From Candidatus Altiarchaeales archaeon (GTDB lineage: Archaea; Altiarchaeota; Altiarchaeia; IMC4; SCGC-AAA252-I15), in contig WJMO01000009.1 in the NCBI GenBank assembly GCA_014727915.1, positions 1 to 64,000 of the forward strand: DNA of 64,000 nucleotides, written 5' to 3'. The notes under the pieces were generated by a model. It was not told the origin of the DNA. It searched no databases and saw nothing but the letters and a program-made list of their open reading frames with translations. The position numbers and the translations under genes were made by a program. Below, in pieces: positions 10,075-19,530 of the stretch. The first letter of the stretch is position 1. Every line of letters starts with the position of its first letter.

Positions 10075-10751
10075 TATGTGCCGCACACCAACCGAACTAC
10101 ATGCCCTGGCTGGGCTTCTTCAACAAAATCCACATGTGCGACATCTTCGTTCTAATGGACTGTGTCCAGTATCCCCGGAGGCAGGTCGTCAACCGTAACA
10201 GGATCAAGACCCCCCAGGGGTGGACCTGGCTGACGGTGCCTGTCAGTTTGAACAAGAAAATAAGCATCCCCATACGGGAAGTTCTCGTGGACAACAGCCA
10301 GGACTGGGGCGCGACCACCTGGAAGTCCATAGTACACAACTACAAGAAAGCGGGAAACTTCGATAGGTACAGTGGATTCATCGAGGACATGTTCCACAGG
10401 AGATGGGATCACCTAGCGGAAGTCAACGAGCACTTCATAAGGTTCATTGTTTCGGAGTTCGACATCGAAACGAAGCTGGTGAGGGAATCGGACCTTGAGG
10501 GGGTTGCGGGGACGGGTTCGGAAAGGCTAGTATCCATATGCAAGGCAGTAGGGTCTGACGAGTATCTTTCAGGTGATGGCTCGGCCGGTTACCTGGAACC
10601 ACAACTATTCGAGGAGAACGGAATAGGCCTGAGCTATCAGGGCTTCGAACACCCCAGATACCGTCAGATGTGGGGGGGCTTCCTGCCTAACATGTCCATA
10701 GTTGACCTGATACTCAATGAAGGCGAAAAAAGCGTTGAATACGTCAGATGA
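10071..10751 (+). CDS. WbqC family protein
   Basis: AAHQPNYMPWLGFF, NRNRI, YLSG, SIVDLILN; ATGA overlap with upstream gene. Confidence 0.9.
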   Translation: MICAAHQPNYMPWLGFFNKIHMCDIFVLMDCVQYPRRQVVNRNRIKTPQGWTWLTVPVSLNKKISIPIREVLVDNSQDWGATTWKSIVHNYKKAGNFDRYSGFIEDMFHRRWDHLAEVNEHFIRFIVSEFDIETKLVRESDLEGVAGTGSERLVSICKAVGSDEYLSGDGSAGYLEPQLFEENGIGLSYQGFEHPRYRQMWGGFLPNMSIVDLILNEGEKSVEYVR

Positions 10752-10761
10752 GACGCCCTGA

Positions 10762-11256
10762 TCAGATGTTCAGGAAGAATATGGAAAGGTTAAGTATGGT
10801 CGCGAACACCACCCATAGCAGGTAGGGTACTAGCAGCTTCCCAGCGGCTTTAGAGACCTTGTTGAACAACCTGATCGTCCATACGATGAAGGCCCCGAGC
10901 AGGACTATGACAGCCAACCCTCCCAGTATAGACTTAGATCCGAAGAACACAATCGACCAAAGGGTGTTGAGAAACAACTGCGCCATGAACACGGCCATGG
11001 CCTTTGACGCGTGTTCGCTCTCTCCCCTCCTACGCCATACCAGGAACAGCGACACGCCCATCATCGCATATAATGCGGTCCACACAGGGGCGAAAACCCA
11101 GTTCGGAGGGTTGAAGAACGGCTTCTCAAGGCTGGCATACCACGTGGGTATGTTCGGAGCAGTGAAAAAGGAACCGATAAGCCCCGCTAGCTGGCAAAAC
11201 GCGATAAAGGGAAGAATCCGCAGTAAATACAGGAGAAAAGACCTTAAACCACTCAT
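10762..11256 (-). CDS. tspO: TspO/MBR family tryptophan-rich sensory protein
   Basis: WYASLEKPFFNPPNWVFAPVWTALY, LVPYLLWVVFATILN. Confidence 0.95.
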   Translation of the reverse strand: MSGLRSFLLYLLRILPFIAFCQLAGLIGSFFTAPNIPTWYASLEKPFFNPPNWVFAPVWTALYAMMGVSLFLVWRRRGESEHASKAMAVFMAQLFLNTLWSIVFFGSKSILGGLAVIVLLGAFIVWTIRLFNKVSKAAGKLLVPYLLWVVFATILNLSIFFLNI

Positions 11257-11448
11257 CTCAACACTCTTATACGTCTCCTAACATTAAAAGGTCATGTCAT
11301 ACACCAGCAAACAACATTCTCGCGCTTATTAAGGTGTCTGCCCTATTCTTGGTTAGTAGGTATAAAAAATATGCTATTTTTTTTTAGTTCGACTTTACGG
11401 AACCAAAGCTATTTTTTTCTACTTATGCATGTCAAGGAGGTGAAATAG

Positions 11449-11643
11449 ATGGCAGAAGGAACTGTAAAGTTTTTCAACAGGAACAAAGGTTTCGGCTTCA
11501 TCAACGGCGATGACGGCAAAGACTACTTCGTCCACGAGACAGGTTTGGGAGAAGGAGTCAGCATCGACGAAGGAGACCGCGTTTCATTCGACGTAGTCGA
11601 CGGAGACCGCGGACCAAAAGCTGAAAAAGTCCAGAAGATATAA
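11449..11643 (+). CDS. csp: Cold-shock protein
   Basis: GTVKFFN..KGFGFI (RNP1), YFVH (RNP2), GPKA; AAGGAGGTG SD. Confidence 0.95.
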   Translation: MAEGTVKFFNRNKGFGFINGDDGKDYFVHETGLGEGVSIDEGDRVSFDVVDGDRGPKAEKVQKI

Positions 11644-11725
11644 AACCCTGAAACATTTCAGAACACTATTCCTACCTTTTTTTATTCTCACGGATATTTT
11701 TAAGGATTTATCCCCATGTCTTAAC

Positions 11726-14176
11726 ATGCGTTTGTCTCTGGCACTTGTCGTTACCCTTATCCTCCTCTTCGCTTTCACTGCATTAGCCCATGCAGTGGAC
11801 TTGGGCGACAGATACGCGGTTGCGACCACCACCACAATCTCGAAATATCAGCGGACCACCACGACGATATCGAAGTATGCTAGGACGACCACCACCACGT
11901 TGACGCGGAAGACCACCACCACAACCCAGAGATATTCACTGATAACCTCCACAACCTCTCCCAAGGCCACCCTCCCCACCCTGAGGTACGTGACGACCAC
12001 ATTGTCCAAGCCTTCCCGGACTACGACCACGATCGTGTCAAAGGAGAAGTGCCCAGACTACTGTGAACGGGGGACATACTACTATAATGGGAGGTTCATA
12101 GCCTTAGCGAACGACTGCGTTTACCGTTCGACGAAGTGCGCAGTGGGATGCGACAAGGACGGGAAAGAATGCGTCGAGGTCCGGCTGCACGAACCGAACC
12201 TGACTGGCGGAGTTGACATATCGCCTGTTGCCAACTTCACGGGCACGCTCATGCTAGACCTTGACAAGGACGGGGTCGTAGCAGACGACAACTGCCCTAT
12301 GACGCCCAACGCGGACCAGGCCGACATAGACGAGGACGGCGTGGGCGACGCCTGCGACAACTGCAAGCCCACCTGCAACGGCACACAATGCGCTCAGATA
12401 GGGCTCACACGCCCATGTGACACCTGCTGGACCAGCTACTACGACGCCTTCTGCGAATACTGCTGCTGCACCATAACAGCCAACCCCGACCAGACAGACT
12501 CCGACGGAGACGGTGTCGGCGACGTCTGCGACGTCTGCGACGACACCCCAGAAGGAGAGGAAGTGAACAGCTTCGGCTGCATGAACTGCATCGACTCCGA
12601 CGGCAACAACCACTGGAACGCCGGCCAGGTGACAACACACAGTGGGGGCACGTTCGGCGTGGTCCACTACGACGAATGCGAGGACGAAACCCACGTTATA
12701 GAGCGCAGGTGCACATATGAGGGTGAACTCGATCAAACCACACTCTACTGCGGCGCAGGATACGTCTGCATAGGGGGGAAATGCTGCGGGGACGATGACA
12801 GCGACGGCGTCTGCAACTTCGATGACAACTGCCCCAACACCCCGAACCCCGGCCAGGAGAACTCGGACGACGACCAGCATGGGGACGCCTGCGACAACTG
12901 CCCCGACACGCCCGGGCCCCAGTCCGACATCGACGGCGACGGCGTCGGCAACATATGCGACAACTGCCCCGACACCCCGAACCCCGGCCAGGAGAACTCG
13001 GACGACGACCAGCATGGGGACGCCTGCGACAACTGCCCGAACACCAACAACCCCGGCCAGGTCAACGAGGACGCGGACGAGCACGGGAACGCATGCGACA
13101 ACTGCGATGACATCGCCAACCCCGGCCAGGAGGACGGAGACGGAGACGGTGTCGGCGACTACTGCGACTGCAACGACGAGATAAGAAGCCCCCTTGAAGA
13201 CGGCATAGACTGCGGCGGACCCTGCGAGGCATGCACCGGCTGCTCAAAGTACATATACAACGGAGACCCGGCCGACAAGATAAACATTGTCTTCGTGAAA
13301 GACGAGGACTACGGCGGCAACCATGCCCTGTTCCTCAACGACATGGAAAACCTCATAAACAACGGTTACCTGGCGAACCCAATATTCACCAACAACGACT
13401 GCAAATACAACATATACTTCCACGACGGCGAAGGAGACTACCAGGAAGTCTGCAAGAAATGGGAGCTCCCAGGAGACTTCGCGGCAGACTGCCCGTTCTC
13501 CAACACCGCAGTGATAGTCTTCAGGAACCCAGACCGGGCCTGCAAGAGCGGCGACAGGTTCTCGGTGAGGTTCACCAGCCCCAACACCCTACTCCACGAG
13601 TCCGGCCACGCACTGTTCGGTCTGAAGGACGAGTACTGCTGCGACGGCTCCGCTTCAGAGGGAGGGGGAGCCTGCAAGAACACCTTCAACAGCCAGGCCG
13701 CCTGCACAGCCTACGCCAACGCCCACGGACTCGACCCAGCGGACTGCTTCCTATTCTGCCCGACGCTGAAGTGCTGGCCTTCCTCTGCCGCCCAGCAGCA
13801 GCTCTGCCGCAACCACTATGCGGCGGCGGGGGAGGCGGACAAGGACTACGTATGCTCATGCGAGGACTACGCCGAGGAGACCGGCATGGACGAGGACGAA
13901 TGCGTCGACGGCGAGGAAGGCGACTGCTCCGGGCTCTGGACGGTATACTGGCAGGCGAGGGGGATAGCAGACCCTGACCTAACCACGCACTCGCCGAACT
14001 GGTGCGACTGGCGCGGCGATGGAGTCCAGGAATGCTGCGGAGACAACTGGCTCATAGACCCCAGCCCCTACAACCAGGCTAACCCGGGCAACTGCGTGAT
14101 GAAGAGCGGGAACCAATACGGGCCCGCATGCGACCGGTGCGGAGACCTCACATTCGACGGCATACCAGCGTGTTAA
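11726..14176 (+). CDS. Secreted Thr-rich, thrombospondin type 3 repeat protein with M64-like zinc metallopeptidase domain
   Basis: Signal peptide; DNCP..PNP.Q.(D/N).D.D..GDAC repeats; KINIVFV and LLHESGHALFGLKDEY (HExxH...DEY). Confidence 0.8.
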   Translation: MRLSLALVVTLILLFAFTALAHAVDLGDRYAVATTTTISKYQRTTTTISKYARTTTTTLTRKTTTTTQRYSLITSTTSPKATLPTLRYVTTTLSKPSRTTTTIVSKEKCPDYCERGTYYYNGRFIALANDCVYRSTKCAVGCDKDGKECVEVRLHEPNLTGGVDISPVANFTGTLMLDLDKDGVVADDNCPMTPNADQADIDEDGVGDACDNCKPTCNGTQCAQIGLTRPCDTCWTSYYDAFCEYCCCTITANPDQTDSDGDGVGDVCDVCDDTPEGEEVNSFGCMNCIDSDGNNHWNAGQVTTHSGGTFGVVHYDECEDETHVIERRCTYEGELDQTTLYCGAGYVCIGGKCCGDDDSDGVCNFDDNCPNTPNPGQENSDDDQHGDACDNCPDTPGPQSDIDGDGVGNICDNCPDTPNPGQENSDDDQHGDACDNCPNTNNPGQVNEDADEHGNACDNCDDIANPGQEDGDGDGVGDYCDCNDEIRSPLEDGIDCGGPCEACTGCSKYIYNGDPADKINIVFVKDEDYGGNHALFLNDMENLINNGYLANPIFTNNDCKYNIYFHDGEGDYQEVCKKWELPGDFAADCPFSNTAVIVFRNPDRACKSGDRFSVRFTSPNTLLHESGHALFGLKDEYCCDGSASEGGGACKNTFNSQAACTAYANAHGLDPADCFLFCPTLKCWPSSAAQQQLCRNHYAAAGEADKDYVCSCEDYAEETGMDEDECVDGEEGDCSGLWTVYWQARGIADPDLTTHSPNWCDWRGDGVQECCGDNWLIDPSPYNQANPGNCVMKSGNQYGPACDRCGDLTFDGIPAC
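12837..13038 (+). repeat. 67-bp exact direct repeat inside the TSP3 array (12837-12903 and 12972-13038)
   Basis: Identical DNA encoding TPNPGQENSDDDQHGDACDNCP twice, 135 nt apart. Confidence 0.85.
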
Positions 14177-14182
14177 AAAAAA

Positions 14183-14836
14183 ATGAAAAAGAACTTGATA
14201 ACAGCGGCATTGGCGGTCCTGATACTCTCCCAGATATCTGCTGGCGAGCAGGACTACAGGAAGGCGGTGATAATGGAGATGACGTCACGCCAGGGATATG
14301 TCGCCATGGACGATGTCAGGGTAGTCTACGGCGTCGCACCAAGGGTCCTGTACGACTTCGAAGACGACGCCTCCTTGAAGATGGTCGTCCGAACGAAAGC
14401 AGACGACGTATGGTGGACCCGGATCATCCAAGACCCCCGCCACTGCCAGATAGCCGACGAGGAAGGGGAGCTAGAAGAGACGGAATCTCACTATGTCATA
14501 CGGGAGTCCAGCCAGTTCACAGTGGTCATACCCTTCAAGAGAACCCTCAAATCCATGACAGTATACGACTACAGCACGGGAGACGTGATAGGCTCATTCG
14601 ACCTGAGCGAGCATGTAAGCGCATTCTGCCGGAAGCAGGTATATGATGAGGAATGCCAGGAGCAAAAGCCCGAAGACATCGGCGGCGGGGCCGCTGAGGC
14701 CACGACGACCACGATACGGGATCGCAGTCCGCCGACAACAACCACACAGCCACGGCGGCCGGGCATAACGGTCGAAACCAGAGGCGGGGTCGTTGGCGGG
14801 ATCATAAGCTTCGTCAGAGGGATGTTCGGCAGATAA
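14183..14836 (+). CDS. Secreted hypothetical protein, probably co-transcribed with the metallopeptidase
   Basis: Signal peptide, beta-rich core, Thr/Pro linker, amphipathic C-terminus; 6-nt gap. Confidence 0.75.
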   Translation: MKKNLITAALAVLILSQISAGEQDYRKAVIMEMTSRQGYVAMDDVRVVYGVAPRVLYDFEDDASLKMVVRTKADDVWWTRIIQDPRHCQIADEEGELEETESHYVIRESSQFTVVIPFKRTLKSMTVYDYSTGDVIGSFDLSEHVSAFCRKQVYDEECQEQKPEDIGGGAAEATTTTIRDRSPPTTTTQPRRPGITVETRGGVVGGIISFVRGMFGR

Positions 14837-14842
14837 ATCCTT

Positions 14843-15736
14843 TCATAGGCTGTATCCCACGCCTGTCATCTCCTCGGAGACCCTCCACAGCCTCCTTGCA
14901 ACGTCCACGTCATGCGATGCCTTGTTGGATTCGACCTTCCTAGGGTGGCCTCTCATCTCCATGAAACCGCCCGGGCCGACGTACTCCCCGCCTTTCACAT
15001 CCTCCGCTGTTGCCGCGTAAAGGGTTGGCAGCGCTCCCATATGCGGCTTCTGCCCCAGCAGAGGGTTCAAGACCCGGAATAGCCCGACGTTCCTCTGGAG
15101 GTTGGTCGCAGTCCACCCGGGGTGGGCAGCCACGGAAACCGCGTCAACGCCAGAACTTTCGAACCTCCTCTGCAACTCGTAGGTGAACAGCAGGTTAGCC
15201 AGCTTGCTCAGCCGATAAGCACCCCAACGATCGTATGATAGCTCGCTGTTAAGGTTGTTGAAGTCCACCCTCCCCTGCCTGTGGGCCATGCTGCTCACGT
15301 TCACCACCCGCGCGCCGGAAGAAGCCTTGATGCCGTCCATCAGCAATCCTGTGAGTGCGAAGTGTCCTAGGTGGTTGACTCCGAAATGCATCTCAAAACC
15401 GTCAACAGTCTCCCGTCTCTCAGGCAAGGCCATGACACCCGCGTTGTTCACGAGGATATCCAACCTGGCATGCTCTTCCTCGAACTTCTCGGAGAACCTG
15501 CGCACAGAGTAGAGGCTAGCAAGGTCAAGATGCAACAATTCGGCCTTCGCCTCCGGACAGCCCAGAAAAAGGCCTTTCAAGGCTTTTTCACCCCTTTCAA
15601 GGCTTCTGCAGGCCAGTATAACCTGGGCGTTCTTAAGACCCAGCGCCTTAGCGGTCTCGAACCCGATGCCGCTGTTGGCTCCCGTGACGACAGCAACCTT
15701 GCCTGAAAGGTCGGGGATGTCCTCTGCAGTCCACAT
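14843..15736 (-). CDS. Short-chain dehydrogenase/reductase (retinol-DH-like)
   Basis: VTGANSGIG, NNAG, YRLSK (YxxxK). Confidence 0.93.
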   Translation of the reverse strand: MWTAEDIPDLSGKVAVVTGANSGIGFETAKALGLKNAQVILACRSLERGEKALKGLFLGCPEAKAELLHLDLASLYSVRRFSEKFEEEHARLDILVNNAGVMALPERRETVDGFEMHFGVNHLGHFALTGLLMDGIKASSGARVVNVSSMAHRQGRVDFNNLNSELSYDRWGAYRLSKLANLLFTYELQRRFESSGVDAVSVAAHPGWTATNLQRNVGLFRVLNPLLGQKPHMGALPTLYAATAEDVKGGEYVGPGGFMEMRGHPRKVESNKASHDVDVARRLWRVSEEMTGVGYSL

Positions 15737-15852
15737 AGTCTAATCTAATTGGGCTGCCGGATAAAAAAATCATCCGATGGCATTCCACGCGCTACAAGCT
15801 CACACGGGCCTGATTCCAAAAAACCCCCTGGCCTCCCGGCGTCTCCGGGCGC

Positions 15853-16026
15853 CTAGTACCTGGATTCGTCCCAGTCCAGGTCCATGTCCTCCATGTATGC
15901 GTCTTCACTCCACTCGTCCGCGTCCCCGAAGTAATCGTCCCCCTTCTTCATGTCACGCCATTCCCTCTTCTTCTTGGACTGGCCCTTCAGATCCTTTGGC
16001 TTTGCCTCAGGTTTCTTCTTGCTCAT
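15853..16026 (-). CDS. Unannotated 57-aa peptide MSKKKPEAKPKDLKGQSKKKREWRDMKKGDDYFGDADEWSEDAYMEDMDLDWDESRY
   Basis: Translated by hand; GGAGGTG SD 4 nt before ATG; 19 nt after the GNAT stop; host-like codons; below the ORF-track cutoff. Confidence 0.75.
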   Translation of the reverse strand: MSKKKPEAKPKDLKGQSKKKREWRDMKKGDDYFGDADEWSEDAYMEDMDLDWDESRY

Positions 16027-16045
16027 ATTGCACCTCCGATGCTAC

Positions 16046-16555
16046 CTATGCTAAAACAGCTCTCGGCTTTCTCAGCCTTTTCATGTAGATGACCTTGTGG
16101 TCTCCATCCTCGAAGTAGTCCCTTATCGTCGCGGTCTTCTTGTACCCGCTCTTCCTGTAGAGGCTCCTCGCCGGGAGGAACTCCTTGGAAGTGGATGTTG
16201 AGATGTACATGATCCGCCCCCTGTTCTTCCTGACAACGGACTCCACATACCTGATCATCCTTTTTGCTATTCCTTTGCCCTGGCATCTGGGTCTGACACC
16301 CAGCGCCAGTATCTCATACGTCCTCTCTCCAACGTCGTTGGCCAATGAGATGAAACCGACAACCTTCTGGTCTATGGAGTATGTGAACGTGTATATCCCA
16401 GCCGAACCTGGGTTATCCTGGAAGTCCCGTATCATCCTGACCAATCCCTTCCTGTCCCCCTCGCAGTAGACCCCGCCGTCGCTCATTATCTTCCTTATGC
16501 AGTCTATCTCCCTCTTCCTGACCCTATGGATGTCATGCCCCGCCTTAAGGATCAT
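16046..16555 (-). CDS. GNAT family N-acetyltransferase
   Basis: LGVRPRCQGKGIA acetyl-CoA motif, ARSLYRKSGY; ATGA overlap with ATP-grasp stop. Confidence 0.88.
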   Translation of the reverse strand: MILKAGHDIHRVRKREIDCIRKIMSDGGVYCEGDRKGLVRMIRDFQDNPGSAGIYTFTYSIDQKVVGFISLANDVGERTYEILALGVRPRCQGKGIAKRMIRYVESVVRKNRGRIMYISTSTSKEFLPARSLYRKSGYKKTATIRDYFEDGDHKVIYMKRLRKPRAVLA

Positions 16556-17835
16556 ATGTACCCCCAGGTCCTCAGACGGTCTCCGTCCTCGACCCAACGC
16601 TCTCCGATATCCCTGCGATAGTACATGTTAGGGAGTATGATGTTACCTATCCTCTTGTACGCCTGGTCGCTGGCCTTCCTCATCGTCGCCGCGCAACCGC
16701 AGACGGTCAAAACCACGCCAGTGTCCCCTGCGACCACCCACTCCCCATCAACTTTCTTAACGTCCTCGAAGTGAACGCCGTCGTAGTTCTGCTTCTTGAA
16801 TATTACCACAGCCTCCTTGCTGTGCGTCTCAAAAGCCTCCCGGTCAGTGAAAGGATATGGGGGGACTATCACGCGCACACCCACCTGGAACCCGCTACGG
16901 GTCCTGAGCTGGGTTTTCTCCCCGGATGCAAGCCCATGCAGCAACTCGCCGAACGGGTTGAGTATGCCCTCCTGCTGGATGAAAACCGTGGGATACCCGA
17001 ACCTAGCCGTGAACTCTAGGGGGTAGACGCCGTTGTTGTTCACTATGCAGTTGACGTCGATGTAACCCACGTACCCCTCCTCCGCGAGCTTCGACTCCAT
17101 CTTAGCCAGCGTCGAATGGAATATCTTGTTCGGCGGGCTCCAGAACATGCTCGTTCCCATCTCACCCGTCGCGGGCCCGATGTTCCCTGGGAATAGCTTC
17201 TTATGCTCGAAGTTCACGTTGATGGGGTGCAGGAACTCCCTGCCGTTGAAGAAAGCACCCACCGCGACCTCAACACCGGATATGCGCTTCTGCAGCTGGA
17301 ATTCCCTTATCTTCTCGCTCCACACGTTCTTGTAGTGCATTAGGATCTGGATCACATCCCGTCCTGTCTCGTCCTCGCCCACGTATAACAGCTGCTTCTT
17401 GTTCTGCGCCTCACCGCTAGGCTTCACAACATACCTGGCTGGGTTGTTCTCCACGAACGAGATGGCCTCGTCGAACGAGCTGAACTTCCACTGCGGGATT
17501 ATGTTAACGCCGTACCTCTTAAGCTCCTCCTGTCCGAAACTACGGTCGTCCTCCAGCATGTCAGTGTAGGGGGTGCCGCCAACGACGGGCTTACCCTCTT
17601 CCCGGAGCCTCTTGGCCATGGTACCGTGGCCGAGAACGTCATCGAAGACCACCACATCCGCCCATCCGATCTCAGACTCCCAGTCCTCCACCTTGGGGAC
17701 GAACCCGTCGGCTATGTCCTTCTGTGTTTCGTCTTTGATGTGGTACTTCACGCCATGCCCTTCCTTCTGCACGGTCCATGCGATGTCGCTTATCAGCGCA
17801 CCGTATGAAACGAAAAGAAACTTCTTCCTCTCCAT
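16552..17835 (-). CDS. ATP-grasp ligase, PurD-like but non-canonical
   Basis: YVVKPSG, GVEVAV, EHKKLFPGNIGPATGEMG, LEFTARFGYP; lacks the PurD N-terminal GxGGREH motif. Confidence 0.8.
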   Translation of the reverse strand: MERKKFLFVSYGALISDIAWTVQKEGHGVKYHIKDETQKDIADGFVPKVEDWESEIGWADVVVFDDVLGHGTMAKRLREEGKPVVGGTPYTDMLEDDRSFGQEELKRYGVNIIPQWKFSSFDEAISFVENNPARYVVKPSGEAQNKKQLLYVGEDETGRDVIQILMHYKNVWSEKIREFQLQKRISGVEVAVGAFFNGREFLHPINVNFEHKKLFPGNIGPATGEMGTSMFWSPPNKIFHSTLAKMESKLAEEGYVGYIDVNCIVNNNGVYPLEFTARFGYPTVFIQQEGILNPFGELLHGLASGEKTQLRTRSGFQVGVRVIVPPYPFTDREAFETHSKEAVVIFKKQNYDGVHFEDVKKVDGEWVVAGDTGVVLTVCGCAATMRKASDQAYKRIGNIILPNMYYRRDIGERWVEDGDRLRTWGYI

Positions 17836-17895
17836 CTAATGAGCCCCATAAGATTCCTTCATGGTTTAAGACATCAGAAATAGTTTTTTGAGTCT

Positions 17896-18099
17896 CTAGT
17901 TCAACCTCACAATGGAAGTCTTGCCCCTGCTCTCGATGGATATCTTGTTCTCCCTCAATAGCCACCCCAGGGCATAGTCGACGTATCTGCCGCCGACCTG
18001 TTTCTTGACTTCAGACAATCTCGCCTCCCTAGACTCTTGGGATTCAAGAAGGGAATATACCTTCCCGGCGGTAGTGCCGGTCTCAGAAGATATGTCCAT
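17896..18099 (-). CDS. Small winged-helix protein (DUF2582-like)
   Basis: GTTAGKVYSLL...ALGWLLRENKI pattern. Confidence 0.75.
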   Translation of the reverse strand: MDISSETGTTAGKVYSLLESQESREARLSEVKKQVGGRYVDYALGWLLRENKISIESRGKTSIVRLN

Positions 18100-18138
18100 A
18101 AAATGATATCTGCAACTCCAGTATATAAATCACCAGGT

Positions 18139-19005
18139 TCAACGCACATGGCCCGAATCTCCATGCCCTCCGCTATCATGGCCCTGGTCAAATGCCGTTC
18201 CCCCCTCCTGGTGGTGTATGTGAGCATCATCTGACATGACCTCCCAGTCCCCGTGGCTGTGGCCCGCGTCCACCGCATGGAAGGAGGCCATCAGGACCAG
18301 GACTCCCAGTATGAGTGCCGCCGACTGTTCCACCATCCTCCTTGCGCTGCCGTGCTTGTGAAGCTCGGGCATCAGGTCTGCGGTGGCGATGTATATGAAG
18401 CCCCCGGCTGCGACAGCGAGCGCATAGGGTATCATCGACTCCAGGCTTCCCAGGAAGAAATAGCCTAAAAGAGCCCCTAAGACCGCTGAGGTTGCGGATA
18501 TGAAATTGTAGGTCAGGGCCTTCCGTGTTTCCATCCCCGAGTGTATGAGGACCGAGAAGTCTCCGAACTCCTGGGGTATCTCGTGCAATAGTATGGCTAT
18601 TGTCGTCACAACCCCCACTGGCACGTTCATCATGTAGGCTGCGGCTATTATGACGCCGTCGATGAAGTTGTGGATTCCGTCCGCCACGAGGTTCAGGTAG
18701 GCCACGGGCCTCACGTCGCATTCCTCCTTGCCGCAGTGGTGCCAGTGGATGAACTTCTCGAATATGAAGAAGGCTATTATCCCTGCTAGGACAGCCCGGG
18801 ATGCTGCGCTACCAATCTCGGCCTCGGCCTCCGGTATGAGGTGTATGAAGGCTGCGGCCAGCAGGCTTCCTGACGCGAAGGCGACGAACAAAAGCAGGAA
18901 ACTGTGAAGTCTCCTCTTGCCGACGGACAGGCTGATCACTCCTATGAGGGAAAGCAGGCTGGTGAACACCACGCTCCCGAGTATCCAGGCAAACACAGAC
19001 ATCAT
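18139..19005 (-). CDS. ZIP family metal transporter with His-rich tail
   Basis: ADGIHNFIDG, LLHEIPQEFGDF, AGGFIYIA; HWHHC loop; His-rich C-terminus. Confidence 0.93.
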   Translation of the reverse strand: MMSVFAWILGSVVFTSLLSLIGVISLSVGKRRLHSFLLLFVAFASGSLLAAAFIHLIPEAEAEIGSAASRAVLAGIIAFFIFEKFIHWHHCGKEECDVRPVAYLNLVADGIHNFIDGVIIAAAYMMNVPVGVVTTIAILLHEIPQEFGDFSVLIHSGMETRKALTYNFISATSAVLGALLGYFFLGSLESMIPYALAVAAGGFIYIATADLMPELHKHGSARRMVEQSAALILGVLVLMASFHAVDAGHSHGDWEVMSDDAHIHHQEGGTAFDQGHDSGGHGDSGHVR

Positions 19006-19015
19006 AAAAAAAGAG

Positions 19016-19043
19016 TTATTAATATTTAAAAATAAATTAATAA
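19016..19043. promoter_or_regulatory. Candidate NikR-type operator TTATTAAT-N12-ATTAATAA between the divergent ZIP and nikR-like genes
   Basis: Perfect 8-bp inverted repeat spanning 28 bp and enclosing a TATA-like element. Confidence 0.55.
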
Positions 19044-19077
19044 TTATTGGTTGTTCTTGGGGTTTTTTTATTAAAAA

Positions 19078-19461
19078 ATGGCTGTTATCAGCGTCTCAGT
19101 GGACGAGGAAACCATCTCAGAACTAGATCTGATAATATCTGAGGGAGGTTTCAAGGGACGGTCTGACGCCTTCCGCACGGCAGTGAAGCTGCTGGCGAGA
19201 GAGCAGACGCAGCAGAAGAAGATGAGGGGCAGAGTGAACGGCCTGCTGATACTCATACACGATGAAAGGCATGAGACGGCGTTCACCGATGCACGGCACA
19301 GGTACGAGGACCTGATAAAGACCTCAGTCCACAACCAGCTGGGCAGGGGGAAATGCCTGGAGATCTTCCTCCTGGAAGGCGAAGCCAAGAAGGTGAAGGA
19401 GCTGATGAGACTATGCCGCAGCAGCGGCAGGGCTGAATACCTCAAACTGGTCACGACATAG
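19078..19461 (+). CDS. nikR: NikR-like regulator (RHH + ACT-like metal-binding domain)
   Basis: VISVSVD...RSDAFRTAV RHH; RH..SVHNQ...CLEIF metal-site region. Confidence 0.8.
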   Translation: MAVISVSVDEETISELDLIISEGGFKGRSDAFRTAVKLLAREQTQQKKMRGRVNGLLILIHDERHETAFTDARHRYEDLIKTSVHNQLGRGKCLEIFLLEGEAKKVKELMRLCRSSGRAEYLKLVTT

Positions 19462-19530
19462 GTTCACATCGTCCCTTTGCCCAACCACTCTCTAAGCCTT
19501 TTTTTAACCGCCCGCACAATTCACTATGCC

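Noticed and set aside
12254-13977. Several long overlapping ORFs and a CRISPR-like periodicity
   Set aside because: Alternative frames of GC-rich TSP3 coding repeats; the repeats are in-frame protein repeats and there are no cas genes.
15777-16088. 103-aa plus-strand ORF
   Set aside because: Ser/Pro-rich antisense shadow; the minus-strand 57-aa ORF has the SD and operon context.
16552-17835. Calling the ATP-grasp gene purD
   Set aside because: It lacks the PurD N-terminal motif and has no purine gene context, so the symbol was withheld.
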